Source of the DNA: Octopus vulgaris
Lineage: Eukaryota
Reading direction: 5' to 3'
Assembly: GCA_951406725.2 (NCBI GenBank)
Contig: OX597821.1
Location: 103,416,001 to 103,480,000, forward strand
Length of the DNA stretch: 64,000 nucleotides
Below are positions 1 through 13,133 of this stretch, piece after piece. Position numbers and translations under genes: made by a program. The notes beneath the pieces are model-generated. The model did no database searches, was not told where the DNA came from, and worked only from the letters and a program-made list of their open reading frames with translations. The stretch's first letter is position 1; every line of letters begins with the position of its first letter.

Positions 1-270
1 TTAACGTAGTTCTCGGGGATATTCAGCGTGACACAGAGAGTGACAAGGCCGGCCCTTTGAAATACAGGTACAACAGAAACAGGAAATAAGAGTGAGAGAA
101 AGTTGTGGTGAAAGAGTACAGCAGGGATCACCACCATCCCCTGCCGGAGCCTCGTGGAGCTTTAGGTGTTTTCGCTCAATAAACACTCACAACGCCCGGT
201 CTGGGAATCGAAACCGTGATCCTATGACCGCGAGTCCGCTGCCCTAACCACTGGGCCATTGCGCCTCCAC
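1..270 (-). mobile_element. tRNA-derived SINE, family A (tRNA-Arg-like head); cut by window edge
   Basis: Minus strand starts GTGGAGGCGCAATGGCCCAGTGGTTAGGGCAGCGGACTCGCGGTC...GGTTTCGATTCCCAGACC, giving Pol III A and B boxes and a TCG anticodon-like loop. The same head and body recur at 7177, 22718, 47410 and 63812. Confidence 0.85.
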
Positions 271-782
271 GTATATACATACACACACACACACGCTCAT
301 ACACATACGTGCACACGCACACACACACACATGTACACATGTAAGAGTGTGCTTATACGTTCAAGACGAGTCTCAGTCTCCAAATAACGTCATAATAGCT
401 ACATTTTTGTATGACAGCGTAGAACAATGAAAGTTAAACGATATTTTGTGTAACACCTTGACAAACGCGGGAAAATAATAGTTTCCGTCATATTGATAAT
501 ATAAGTTTAAACGCTTCTTCTCCGCCACTTCCCTAATAAAATAAATATCGAAATGTGTTACATTTTATTTTGCTGAAGTAAATCATCATATTATATTTAT
601 TCCTAGATGGATTGTAGATTGGTTTAAAACTATCAACGTATTTTCCCGGTGTTCATTACTGCCAATACACAGTTATAACATTTAGCACTTGCGCATTCTC
701 TCTTCAATTTCCCTAAACACATCAGCTTAGTTTCAATATGTATATATATATGCGTGTATTTATATATGTGCCCGTGTGCATT

Positions 783-945
783 GGCGCAGGCGTGGCTGTG
801 TGGTAAGAAGCTTGCTTCCCAGCCTACATGGTTCTGGGTTCAGTGCCACTGCTCGGTACCTTGGGTAAAGTGTCTTCTACTATAGACTCGAGCCGACCAA
901 AATCCTTGTGAGTGGATTTAGTAGATGGAAACTGAAAGAAGCCCG

Positions 946-992
<47 letters not shown>

Positions 993-1396
993 CATATATC
1001 TGCACGCATTTTTTTCTCTCCTTGTTTCTTTTCTGTGTATCTTTCTGTTGAAGAGCGTAGGCTCGAAACGTAAAAGACTTGTTTTATTTATATTCCTGAG
1101 CGCCATACTAATACAATTGTTTGTTTGTATTCCACCTGCTTTCCTCTTTTGTTTATTTTCATAAAGCTTCCCGTTATCTATATATATGTATGTATTTGTG
1201 TGTCTGTGTTTGTACTCCCAGCATAGTCTCTCAACCGAGGTTGCTATGTTTATATACCCGTAGCTTAGCGGTTCGGCAAGAGAGACCGAATGAATAAGTA
1301 ATAGGCTTACAAAGAATATGTCCTGGGGTCGATATCTTCTACTAAAATCGGTGCTTCAGCATGGTCACAGTCAAATGATTGAAAGAAGTAAGAATA
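783..1396 (+). mobile_element. tRNA-derived SINE, family B, interrupted in its internal (TA)n by a hammerhead-like element
   Basis: Head GGCGCAGGCGTGGCTGTGTGGTAAGAAGCTTGC...GGGTTCAGT, body ACCTTGGGTAAAGTGTCTTCTACTATAG, tail GGTGCTTCAGCATGGTCACAGTCAAATGATTGAAA. Homologous to 16408-16776 and 48860-49222. Confidence 0.85.
1040..1077 (+). ncRNA. minimal hammerhead-like motif (CUGUUGA core variant) inside a ~170 bp dispersed element (~1003-1176)
   Basis: tcttt CTGTTGA a gagc gtag gctc GAAA cg TA aaaga. Stem I is tcttt/aaaga, stem II is gagc/gctc, followed by GAAAC-GUA. The core deviates from CUGANGA at A6. Confidence 0.55.
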
Positions 1397-1660
1397 TATA
1401 TTATTCAATATTCCTAAGTGAGGGAGATTCTACCATTTTCTTGCCAATGTAAATACATATATATACTTATATAGCACCATACACATGATAATCTCTCTCG
1501 TTAAAATGTCACCCCGTTATTTTTGTTTTCCTTTTCATTTGGGATAATGTAATTTTCCAGTTCCATATAATATAGGTTCTTTACAAATAAATGTAATCAG
1601 TAGATTAGCCGACCAATCTTTCTACTTTTTCCTTCATCTCTTTTGAACACCCTGTTATTC

Positions 1661-1692
<32 letters not shown>

Positions 1693-1811
1693 GTCTTTCT
1701 CTTTCTCTCTCTCTATCCCTCTCTCTTTCTCTTTCACCAATGCATTTTTCTCTCTCATCCATTAACCAATATTTACAAAAGATATCATCAACTTCCTCGA
1801 TAAAAACGTTG

Positions 1812-2106
<295 letters not shown>

Positions 2107-2246
2107 TGTCTCTCTCTTTCTATATATATATTGTATTTATGTAATGTATACTAAATATATACAGAGTATATATATATAATATGTTACCATAAAACATATA
2201 GATAATACTGTATAATGCTGATAAATATTATGCAATATATGATATG

Positions 2247-2298
<52 letters not shown>

Positions 2299-2538
2299 TA
2301 TCTACATGTGTGTGCGTATATATACACAGACATGCATCTTTATATGTATATGCATATATACTCATAAACTCTTCATTTCCAACAACGCCCGTGTAAGGCA
2401 TACTTTCCCTAACTTCACAAACATTCGCCAAACAGCGCCCTCTGTCATTATTTCATTAATAAAGGGCTGGGTTATACAAAGAACTAACAAGAAATAAACA
2501 CGAAATGTGAAATAGATTTTGACAAAACAACATTAATT

Positions 2539-3048
<510 letters not shown>

Positions 3049-3490
3049 GCATCAGATGTCATTAGCAACAATGGAATGAACAAAAGGTAGAATCACAATC
3101 AAAAAGGAAAATATTTAGAGTAAGAGCCGTAACATGGCGTAACTGAAACTAAATCGCAACAATGTTAAAACATATCAGCAACGAGATCAACAAGAACAAT
3201 GATAAGAAAAAGAACAAAATGCAAAAAAAAACAAAAAAAAAAAATGCAGGAAACAATACAATAAAAATTTGAAAAAAAAAAAACAAAAAACAAAAAGACA
3301 ACAGTATGATAATATAGCAATAATGTCATCAATAATAATGGAAACAACAACAGTGACAAGAACAGCAACAATAGCAATAAGCAAACACATATTGCATGTA
3401 TGATTTAATTTGAAATACATGTTATGAAAGCTTCTTTCAAAGAAAATGTTCGCACGCGTTCATGTGAGCATGTGTAACTATGCTTGCGTG

Positions 3491-3855
<365 letters not shown>

Positions 3856-4489
3856 CAATAAATGTGTGTGTGTGCTACGTATTCGTGCGATTGTTTATGC
3901 GCGGTGTGTATATGTATGCGTAAGTATTCGAAAGGATATTTGAGTAATTATTCTATTTATGTATATGCTTTATACATCATCACTTTTATTTGAGTGGTGT
4001 TCTCTATGCAAATCAGTCACATCTATGCACACAAAATTTAATTAAGTTAAAACTACTCATTATCAAAATTGAATTGAATTTCTCTTCAGGATAACTGCTT
4101 TTTTTTTTGAAAATAATTTTTTAAATATCTTTTTACGACACCTCTTTTTTGTTTTGTTTTTATTGTTTGTATTTCCGTTGCTCTTTTTTCTGTTTTGGTT
4201 TAAATTCCGTTGTTTTTAAAGGGAAAGAATAAAAATGGCGAGTGAAGATTAATAAATGGAAGTGTAATGTGTAATTCGTAGGTATTCTATGATTGTTTAG
4301 ATCTCGGAAAGAAATGAGAGAGAGAGAGAGGGAGGAGGAATTAGAGAGAGAAAGAGAATGAGAATGAGAGAAAAGGAAATATTTCACTGGTTATTATCTA
4401 AGAGTAATCTATAACCGAAATGTTATTAATAAAAGTGATACGCACGCGCGCGCACGCACACACACACATAGAGGCAAGCATATACACAT

Positions 4490-4652
4490 GCGGATGCGTG
4501 GCTGCTTGGTAAAAAGTTGGCTTCACAAACACATAATTTCGGGTTCAGTACCACAACGTGACACCTTGGGCAAAGGTCTTCAACAACAGAGTCGCGTAGA
4601 CTAAAGCATCATTTGTGGATTTGGTAGATAGAAACGGAAAGAAACCTGCAGT
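4490..4652 (+). mobile_element. family B SINE, 5' portion
   Basis: GCGTGGCTGCTTGGTAAAAAG...GGGTTCAGTACCAC...ACCTTGGGCAAAGGTCTTC...GGATTTGGTAGATAGAAAC. Confidence 0.7.
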
Positions 4653-4728
4653 ATGTATGTATGTACGTATATATGTATCTATGTATATACATACATACAT
4701 ACATTCATACATACACATATATACATAC

Positions 4729-4760
<32 letters not shown>

Positions 4761-4858
4761 ATAAATATAGTGAATTCACAAAAAAAAACAAAGGACGAAG
4801 CCAGGTGGTGTAGACAACAAACAGATGTATTAGTTTAACGTTCAGGAAGTGAAAAAGT

Positions 4859-4894
4859 CATTAATGTTTCGAGCCTACGCTCCTTCACAGAAAG
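4859..4894 (-). ncRNA. degenerate hammerhead-like motif in a short dispersed element (~4770-4955)
   Basis: Minus strand reads cttt CTGTGAA g gagc gtag gctc GAAA ca TT aatg. Flanks are homologous to those of the 1040, 5776 and 60226 copies. Confidence 0.4.
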
Positions 4895-5309
4895 GAACGA
4901 AGAAAGAAACAAGGAGAGAAAATAAAGAATGTGTAGTGGTTAGCAATCTATCATGATATATATATAGCAAACGCTGTAGTAGAAAACATCTACTTCAGCG
5001 TTTGCTATTTTCCTCTCGTTCTGGTCTAACGGCCCTTCATATTTGTTTTCACTGGCCTGTTTTTTTCCCAACTTTGACCCTCCATAAATCCCAAAATATA
5101 TTTTGATACTTATGGGAGCAACTGTCTTCGAAGACTCATATTGTCGTTCACTGTTCGAAATGAGGAGTAGATAGACAGCCGACAAATGTTGAAGGGTCAT
5201 TCTTTATGTTACTTGTTTTGTTTTCCATTTGTTTCCATTTGAGCATTGAACTCATTTCTTTCCGTATTTCATATTGTTTACTTTTAGTGACCTCCTGTAC
5301 CCATATATG

Positions 5310-5385
<76 letters not shown>

Positions 5386-5430
5386 TATACACACGCACAC
5401 ACATACACACACACACACAAACACACACAC

Positions 5431-5662
5431 GGCGAGCTGGCAGAAACGTTAGCACGCCGGGCGAAATGCGCAGCCGTATTTCGTCTGTCGTTACGTTCCG
5501 AGTTCAAATTCCGCCGAGGTTGACTTTGTCTTTCATCCTTTCTGGGTCGATAAATAAAGTACCAGTTACGCACTGGGGTCGATATGATCGACTTAATCCA
5601 TCCGTTTGTCTGTCCTTGTTTGTCCCCTCTATGTTTAGCCCCTTGTGGGTAGTAAAGAAATA
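5431..5662 (+). mobile_element. SINE family C
   Basis: GGCGAGCTGGCAGAAACGTTAGCACGCCGGGCGAAATG...GAGTTCAAATTCC (B box)...GACTTTGTCTTTCATCCTTTCTGGGTCGATAAATAAAGTACCAG; more than 15 copies in the window. Confidence 0.85.
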
Positions 5663-5775
5663 TATATGTTATATATATATGAAGCGAATTCACAAAAAAA
5701 AACAACAAAAGACGAAGACAGGTGGTGTAGACAACAAACAGATGTATTAGTATAACGCTCGGGAAATGAAAAAGT

Positions 5776-5811
5776 CTTTAACGTTTCGAGCTCACACTCT
5801 TCCACAGAAAG
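5776..5811 (-). ncRNA. minimal hammerhead-like motif (CUGUGGA core) in a short dispersed element (~5683-5818)
   Basis: Minus strand reads cttt CTGTGGA a gagt gtga gctc GAAA cg TT aaag. Stem I is cttt/aaag and stem II is gagt/gctc with a wobble pair. Confidence 0.5.
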
Positions 5812-6455
5812 GAACACATGCATATACATAATATACACATATCAATATATATAGAATATTCTTATACACACATAAACGCCCCTGTATACTTATAAGCGAA
5901 AGGGTTTTCATTTCTATGATAATGTCATTCCTTCACTACACACAGTCCTATTTCATGAGTAACAAGGAAAAGAATCGCAATTCAGCATATATTCTATGTA
6001 TCCGTAAAATTCGCTGTATACCCCCAGAGAATTCACTGCTTCACTTTTCAAAACGAGACTGATAATCTCCCTTTTTAATCTTTCATATTAACACATATTC
6101 AACTAATGTTCATGTCGAACGGCCCTGGCGGCCATAAGTAATTATACACTGCGGAAACTAAAGTACAAAAGAAGTTATTAGTTTAAAGTACAATTATATT
6201 TGTATAATGTAGGTATCATTAGTAGAACAAAGAAGCTTCGTAGAACAAAGACTTAATTGTACAAGATTTGACACCTGTTAGTAGTTCTCTATTGGTTTGA
6301 AATTGGAATCGTGTAAAAGAAAATGAGAAGAAGCGCCAGTGTTAAATTAATGTATATAGAGCTGATGAAGACGGAAAACAGAGCCAAATTGAATTATATT
6401 TCGTTATTTAAAACGAAAGCGTGTATATATGCATGCACACGAATATATGTATAAG

Positions 6456-6728
<273 letters not shown>

Positions 6729-6789
6729 CGTCCCCCCACCCATTCTATGCGTTCGTGTATGCATAAATATTTCTCTCTCTCTCTCTCTT

Positions 6790-6856
<67 letters not shown>

Positions 6857-7085
6857 GCGGGTGTGTATGATTGTGTATAGAAGAATACATTACTAAAAAA
6901 GTTCCAGCTTTGTCTGATTTTCACGTTTTATTTACATTCTTGTTGTAGTATAAGATAATATAGTATAATGAAGTGACAGAATATTGAATGCCCATTCTGA
7001 TTGAACTAGTACTTTCTGGCATTAAACTATACAATCTTCAGGTTGATGTGGTAGTGTGTGACAGTTACGTTTTACAATTTACAAC

Positions 7086-7176
<91 letters not shown>

Positions 7177-7178
<2 letters not shown>

Positions 7179-7433
7179 GCGGTTTCGATTCCCAGACCGG
7201 GCGTTGTGAGTGTTTATTGAGCGACAACACCTAAAGCTTCACGAGGCTCCGGCAGGGTCTGTTGGTGATTCCTGCTGTACTCTTTCGCCACAACTTTCTC
7301 TCACTCTTTCTTCTGTTGGCCTGCTCGCTTGGCCAGCGCGGTGGCGTCATTTGAAGGCTAAAACAATGCGAAGCGCATCGTGACCAGCGATATGTAGCAA
7401 CATCTGATAGCCTGGTCGGTTACGGTGTTCACG

Positions 7434-7437
<4 letters not shown>
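7177..7437 (+). mobile_element. family A SINE, 5'-truncated head, alternative 3' tail, inside (TA)n
   Basis: Matches 1-270 through CAACTTTCTCTCACTCTT, then diverges into a different tail ending ...TACGGTGTTCACGGTGA. Confidence 0.8.
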
Positions 7438-7492
<55 letters not shown>

Positions 7493-7623
7493 CAGGGAGA
7501 CTCAATTCCTTTTTCTGTTATGTTGAGCGTCTACGTAGAAGTTTTCTCGTCCACTCGCCTCTGTCGATTGTTGTTAAAAGAATTCTCGAGAACACAAGTT
7601 AAAATTCGTTGTCATATATTGGC

Positions 7624-8848
7624 TTCATATTTTGGCACTAGGCCAGCAATTTCTTAGAGGTCGGGACCGAAGTCAATTACATTCACTCCAGTGCTCAACT
7701 GGTATTTATTTTATTGATCCCGAAATGATGAGAAACAAATTCAAACCCGCCAGAATTAGATTTCAGAACGTAAAGTAGGCCGAGTGCCGCTAAGTTTTTG
7801 CCCGGCGTGTTAACGATTCGGCAGGTCACCGCATTAATAATGGTTTTAAATGTTGGCACTTGTCCAAGCAAATTCGGGGAAGAGAAAAGTTGATTAGATC
7901 GGCCCCTACCACTCAACTGGTACTTATTTTATCGACTCTAGAAGGATGAAAGGCAAAGTCGACCTCTACAGCATTTGAACTCAAACCGCAAAGACTATCG
8001 AAATGCCGCTAAGCATTTTAACCGGAATGCTAACGTTTCTGTCAGCTCGCCGCCTTAATAATCTTTTCTACTCTAGGAACAAGGCCTGAAATTTTGTGGG
8101 AGATGGCCAGTCGATTAGATCGACCCCAGTACGCAACTGATACTTATTTTATCGATCCCGAAAGGATGAAAAGTCGACCTCGGTGGAATTTGAACTTAGA
8201 ACGTAAAGACAAACGAAATGGCGTTAAGCTTTTGCCCAGCGTGCTAACGTTTCTGCCAGCTCGCCACCTTTCGCCTCCTTAGGCACAAGATCCGAAATTT
8301 TGGGGGAGGTGGCGAGGCGATTAGATCGACGCAAGTGCGTAACTGGTTCTTAATTCATCGACCTCGAAAGGATGAAAGGTAAAGTTGTCCCCGGAGGAAT
8401 TTGAACTCAGAACGTAGCGACAGACGAAATACCTATTTTTTTACTACCCACAAGGGGTTAAACACAGAGAGGACAAACAAGGACAGACAAAGGGATTAAA
8501 TCGATTACATCGACCCCAGTGCGTAACTGGTACTTATCTAATCGACCCCGAAAGGATGAAAGGCAAAGTCGACCTCGGCGGAATTTGAACTCAGAACATA
8601 GCGACAGACGAAATACCTATTTCTTTACTACTCACAATGGGCTAAACACAGAGAACAAACAAGGACAGACAAACGGATTAAGTCGATTACATCGACCCCA
8701 GTGCGTAACTGGTACTTAATTTATCGACCCCGAAAGGATGAAAGCCAAAGATGACCTCGTCGGAATTTGAACTCAGAATGTAACGGCAGACGAAATACCG
8801 CTAAGCATTTCGCCCAGCGTGCTAACGTTTCTGCCAGCTCGCTGTCTT
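7624..8848 (-). mobile_element. head-to-tail array of about six family C SINE units
   Basis: Repeated ATCGACCCCGAAAGGATGAAAGGCAAAGTCGACCTCGGCGGAATTTGAACTCAG blocks, all in the same orientation, some separated by short TAA runs. Confidence 0.85.
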
Positions 8849-9242
8849 AATAATAACATTAATAATAAGCTACTAGTACACTTTACACTCGGTGGCTTAT
8901 TAAAATTACAACGAGCATGAAATGATGGTCACTGTCATCAAATGAGAATGTTAAGCACATCCGATATCTCTTAATAACTCAAGCATATTGTAGTTCAAAC
9001 TATTTCCAAGTAAATTGGATAGAGCAGCGTTGTAATTGTGGTCTTAATTATGAACAGAGTATGATCTTGGCACATCTGTTTACATAACAAACCATTTCTA
9101 TATGAGAGCGAATTCATTCATGTTGCTAATGTTTGTAATAGAGATTCTGTGTAGGTCAAGCAGTGATAAATATTGTCAAGTAGTAATCGCAGGTGAAAGG
9201 AAGATTAATGTGCAATAATCTATGGTACAAACAGAATTCTAG

Positions 9243-9350
9243 AGACATGGCAAAATGGTTAGGAAGCTTACTTTCCAACCACATGGTCTCAGGTTCAGTT
9301 CCACTGCCTGGCACCTTGGGCGAGTGTTCTCTGTGATAGCTCCGGCCCAC
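9243..9350 (+). mobile_element. family B SINE head fragment
   Basis: TGGTTAGGAAGCTTACTTTCCAACCACATGGTCTCAGGTTCAGTTCCACTGCCTGGCACCTTGGGCGAGTGTT. Confidence 0.7.
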
Positions 9351-9911
9351 CAACCCGAACAGGCATTGATTTGATATTCAAAATACCTAACTACACAACT
9401 ATGCCCGTATCTACCTGTCTCTAACCGTTATCTGGTTACAGAAAAACAAATACGGTTCTTGTATTAGAATCGACTACACATATGTTACCATATTCATAGA
9501 CGTACTTCCCCATCGAAAACTATTCTGTCATTCCCACCTCAAGTAATTCAATAATACTTTGACACCTGAACGAAATTTCGTTTAATGATTCACAAATCAA
9601 CAAGTAAAAGGATCCGGATGAATGTCCTACAGGCTGACATGTTTCCATCGTGGTTCTTTTAATCGGATAAAGTGTTCTTAAAACAGGAATGATGCTCCCA
9701 ATTCACTAATGTCATTGCCAGTGAAAAGTGGTAAATGGCACATGCAGAGGAAAACAGCGACAGCATAATTAGATCAGTAATACTTAAATATTTATACAAA
9801 TATAAGCATTAAGAAAGGTGTTATAATTTTTAATGTAGTGATGTAGTGTAAGTGATGTATGTACGTACATGCATACATACAGACATATGTATGTATATAT
9901 ATAAAGTGCAA

Positions 9912-10012
<101 letters not shown>

Positions 10013-10031
10013 TGTGTGCGTGTGTGTGTGT

Positions 10032-10230
10032 GCAGGCTTAGTAGTGGCTGTGTGGTAACCACATGGTTCCGGGTTCAGTGCGTAACTTGTACTTATTTAA
10101 TCGACTCTGAAAGGATGAAAGGCAAAGTCGACCTCGGCGGAATTTGAACTCAGAACGTAGCGGCAGACGAAATACTGCTAAGCATTTCGCCCGGCGTGCT
10201 AACGTTTCTGCCAGCTCAGCTCGCCGCCTT
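10032..10230. mobile_element. junction of a family B head (+) with a family C SINE (-)
   Basis: GTGGCTGTGTGGTAACCACATGGTTCCGGGTTCAGTG runs directly into CGTAACTTGTACTTATTTAATCGAC...GCTCGCCGCCTT. Confidence 0.75.
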
Positions 10231-10565
10231 ATCTTAAGAATGTATTAAACACAGAAAGGTTTATTTATTTATTTATTTATTTATTTATTTTGCATGGAAA
10301 TGGGCAATTATTAGACATGTTCACATGTTCTTCACGGAAGTCCATGGAAATATATATTTGGTATGTTTGAAGCTGCTGTACCTAGATTAATGCGAAACAC
10401 ATACAGGCGCCCGAAAATCCCACAAACATACACACATACACTCACACACACATACGCGCGCACGCACACATTTTTATATGTATATCTGCACATGTCCCTT
10501 TATCCATGTGTATATGTGCGAGTGTGTGTGTGTGTGAGTGTGTGTGTGTGTGTATGTGTGCATAT

Positions 10566-10847
10566 AGTAATCCTTCGACTACTGCGGGTGTTACGGTCCA
10601 ACTCTCTCCCCACCGCGATAGGTGTAAATCCGCGAACTAGAAACAGTACTGTACTGTATATTTTTAAAAATTATTTTTTATAATTTGTATATATTTATTT
10701 TTATTATAAATGCAAAACAACACCACGGAGGAATCGATGTAAATTTAAATAACAAACCGCGATAGGTGAACCGCGATAGGTGAACCGCGATAGGTGAACC
10801 GCGATAGGTGAACCGCGATAGGTGAACCGCGATATGGCGAGGGATTA

Positions 10848-10849
<2 letters not shown>
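10566..10849. mobile_element. Tigger/pogo-type MITE with an internal 14-bp tandem expansion
   Basis: TIRs AGTAATCCTTCG...CGAGGGATTACT. AACCGCGATAGGTG occurs five times plus a partial copy (10755-10834). A second copy lies in the opposite orientation at 55137-55322. Confidence 0.8.
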
Positions 10850-10932
<83 letters not shown>

Positions 10933-11166
10933 CATATACATATATACAAATAGATACATAAATGTATATAAATGTACATAAATATCCATACTTGCGTACA
11001 TATATATATATATATATACATGTATATACATACACACACACACACATATATACATATATATATATGTATGTATGTAAACTTAATCCAAACAAGAAAGCAC
11101 AACAACGCGAGGACGTGGAACAAATATAGTATCATTGGACGCTCAGGAAAGAAGGAAAGAAGGAGG

Positions 11167-11201
11167 GTTTAACGTTTCGAGCGGAGCTCTTCGTCGCAAA
11201 C
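11167..11201 (-). ncRNA. minimal hammerhead-like motif in a short dispersed element (~11070-11275)
   Basis: Minus strand reads gttt GCGACGA a gagc tcc gctc GAAA cg TT aaac. Stem I gttt/aaac covaries with cttt/aaag of other copies. Core positions C3 and U4 are altered. Confidence 0.5.
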
Positions 11202-11449
11202 ATAGGAGAAGGAAAGATCCAGAGAAGGGAAGACAGAGAAAAAAAAAATCGCCAACGGTACACACGCGGTCGCGTCTGTATATGTATGTATACTTATGAG
11301 TGGGATGCTGCGTATATTTAATTACATATCTTATGACTTATTTCGTTCCATCCATCCACCAATCATCGGACAGGCGACATATGTCTGTAGTCACATATAC
11401 CCAATACATACATGTAAGATAGTGAATACACTATATACATACACAAACA

Positions 11450-11523
<74 letters not shown>

Positions 11524-11554
11524 TACATATAAATATATACATACATATATATAT

Positions 11555-11619
<65 letters not shown>

Positions 11620-11620
11620 A

Positions 11621-11673
<53 letters not shown>

Positions 11674-12571
11674 TACACACATATACGCATGTATGTATTT
11701 ATGTATGTATGTATAAGCCTCCACTATACATTCTATTCTCTCTGATATTGCTTATGAGGATTTCTAAAAAAGCCATCATGGCGCCGCCAACGGACTGTTC
11801 GTAGATTAATATGTAGAATGCCAGCTTGATAGAAGCGTGGAATCGGCGGGTGAAATACAAGTTAGACCATTGATTATTATTGCTTTAATAATAAAACGAG
11901 ATAGAGAGAGAAAGAAAGAGGGAAAGAGACGAAGAGAGAGAGAGAGAGTAGGAGAGAGAGAGAGAGAAAGTGGGAGAGAGTGAGAGTGAGAGAGAGAATG
12001 GCTAAAAGATATTAAATGTTTTGGCTGTCCGGTTAATATGGTATGGAAATTTGTGTGTTTCTGTGTGTGTACTATATTGTTATTCTTGTGTGTGTGTGTG
12101 TGTGTGTCTGTGTTTCTGCGCTTGTAGCCATGTTTCCTTGTGTATATATTTATGGTGTGCGAAATATCTTGCAATTAAGCCATCATTCAGATATCCACAT
12201 ATAACGATCCATCAGTCGCGGCAGATCCATATGAACGTAGAAAGGAAGTCGTACGAACTAAAAAAAAAAAAAAAAAACAAAAACAAAAACAAAAAAAAAC
12301 ACACTCCAATTCACTTGCGCGTTTGTTTGCATAGATATCGGCTATTTATATGAAACACATACTTGCAGAAGGATCTGTAATATATATATACATATATATA
12401 TATATGTTAATAAAATATATGCATATATATATAAACATATATGTACGTACCTACCTCTACATGTACATATACACGCATATATGTGTACAGGACACCAAAA
12501 AGACGTCGAACACATAGAGAGACGAAAAACATAGACACAAACCAAGGAACAAGACAGGCAAAAAAAAGGAG

Positions 12572-12613
<42 letters not shown>

Positions 12614-12990
12614 AGAGAGAGAGAGAGAGAAATAGACAGATAGATGTATATATATACATATACATATATACATATACATATATACACATATATATATATA
12701 TACATATATATGCATATATACTTAGATACATACAGACATGCACACACACTCACGTGCACACATTCACACTTATACATATATGCACATATATGTGTTTAGA
12801 TTTAGATATAAACGAAAGTATATGTATAACGTGACATATAAGCATATGTATGTATTTATCTATAAACATATAGATATATTTATGTTTGTGTGTGTGCATA
12901 TATATATATATATACGTTTTTGTGCGTATATGTGAGTGTGTGTGTATATATATATATATACATCTCTCTCTCTCTCTCTCTCTCTGTATG

Positions 12991-13045
<55 letters not shown>

Positions 13046-13093
13046 ATATTGTTAGATAGATAGATAGATAGATAGATAGACAGATAAATAGAC

Positions 13094-13133
<40 letters not shown>

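Noticed and set aside
200-270. tRNA-Arg-like sequence (also 22718, 47410, 50745, 63812) as tRNA genes
   Set aside because: Acceptor stems do not close and each continues into a repeated element body, so these are SINE heads.
4980-5300. Possible Tc1/mariner transposase remnant
   Set aside because: No matching TIR pair or catalytic motif was identifiable.
6362-6380. CTGATGAAGACGGAAA
   Set aside because: No stem II, stem III or stem I pairing.
7624-8848. Regularly recurring blocks resembling a CRISPR array
   Set aside because: Eukaryotic context, units are ~200-bp SINE copies with homologous 'spacers', and there are no cas genes.
11778-11804. Kozak-like GCCATCATGGCG start
   Set aside because: Stop after eight codons and only a weak donor; no supporting gene structure.
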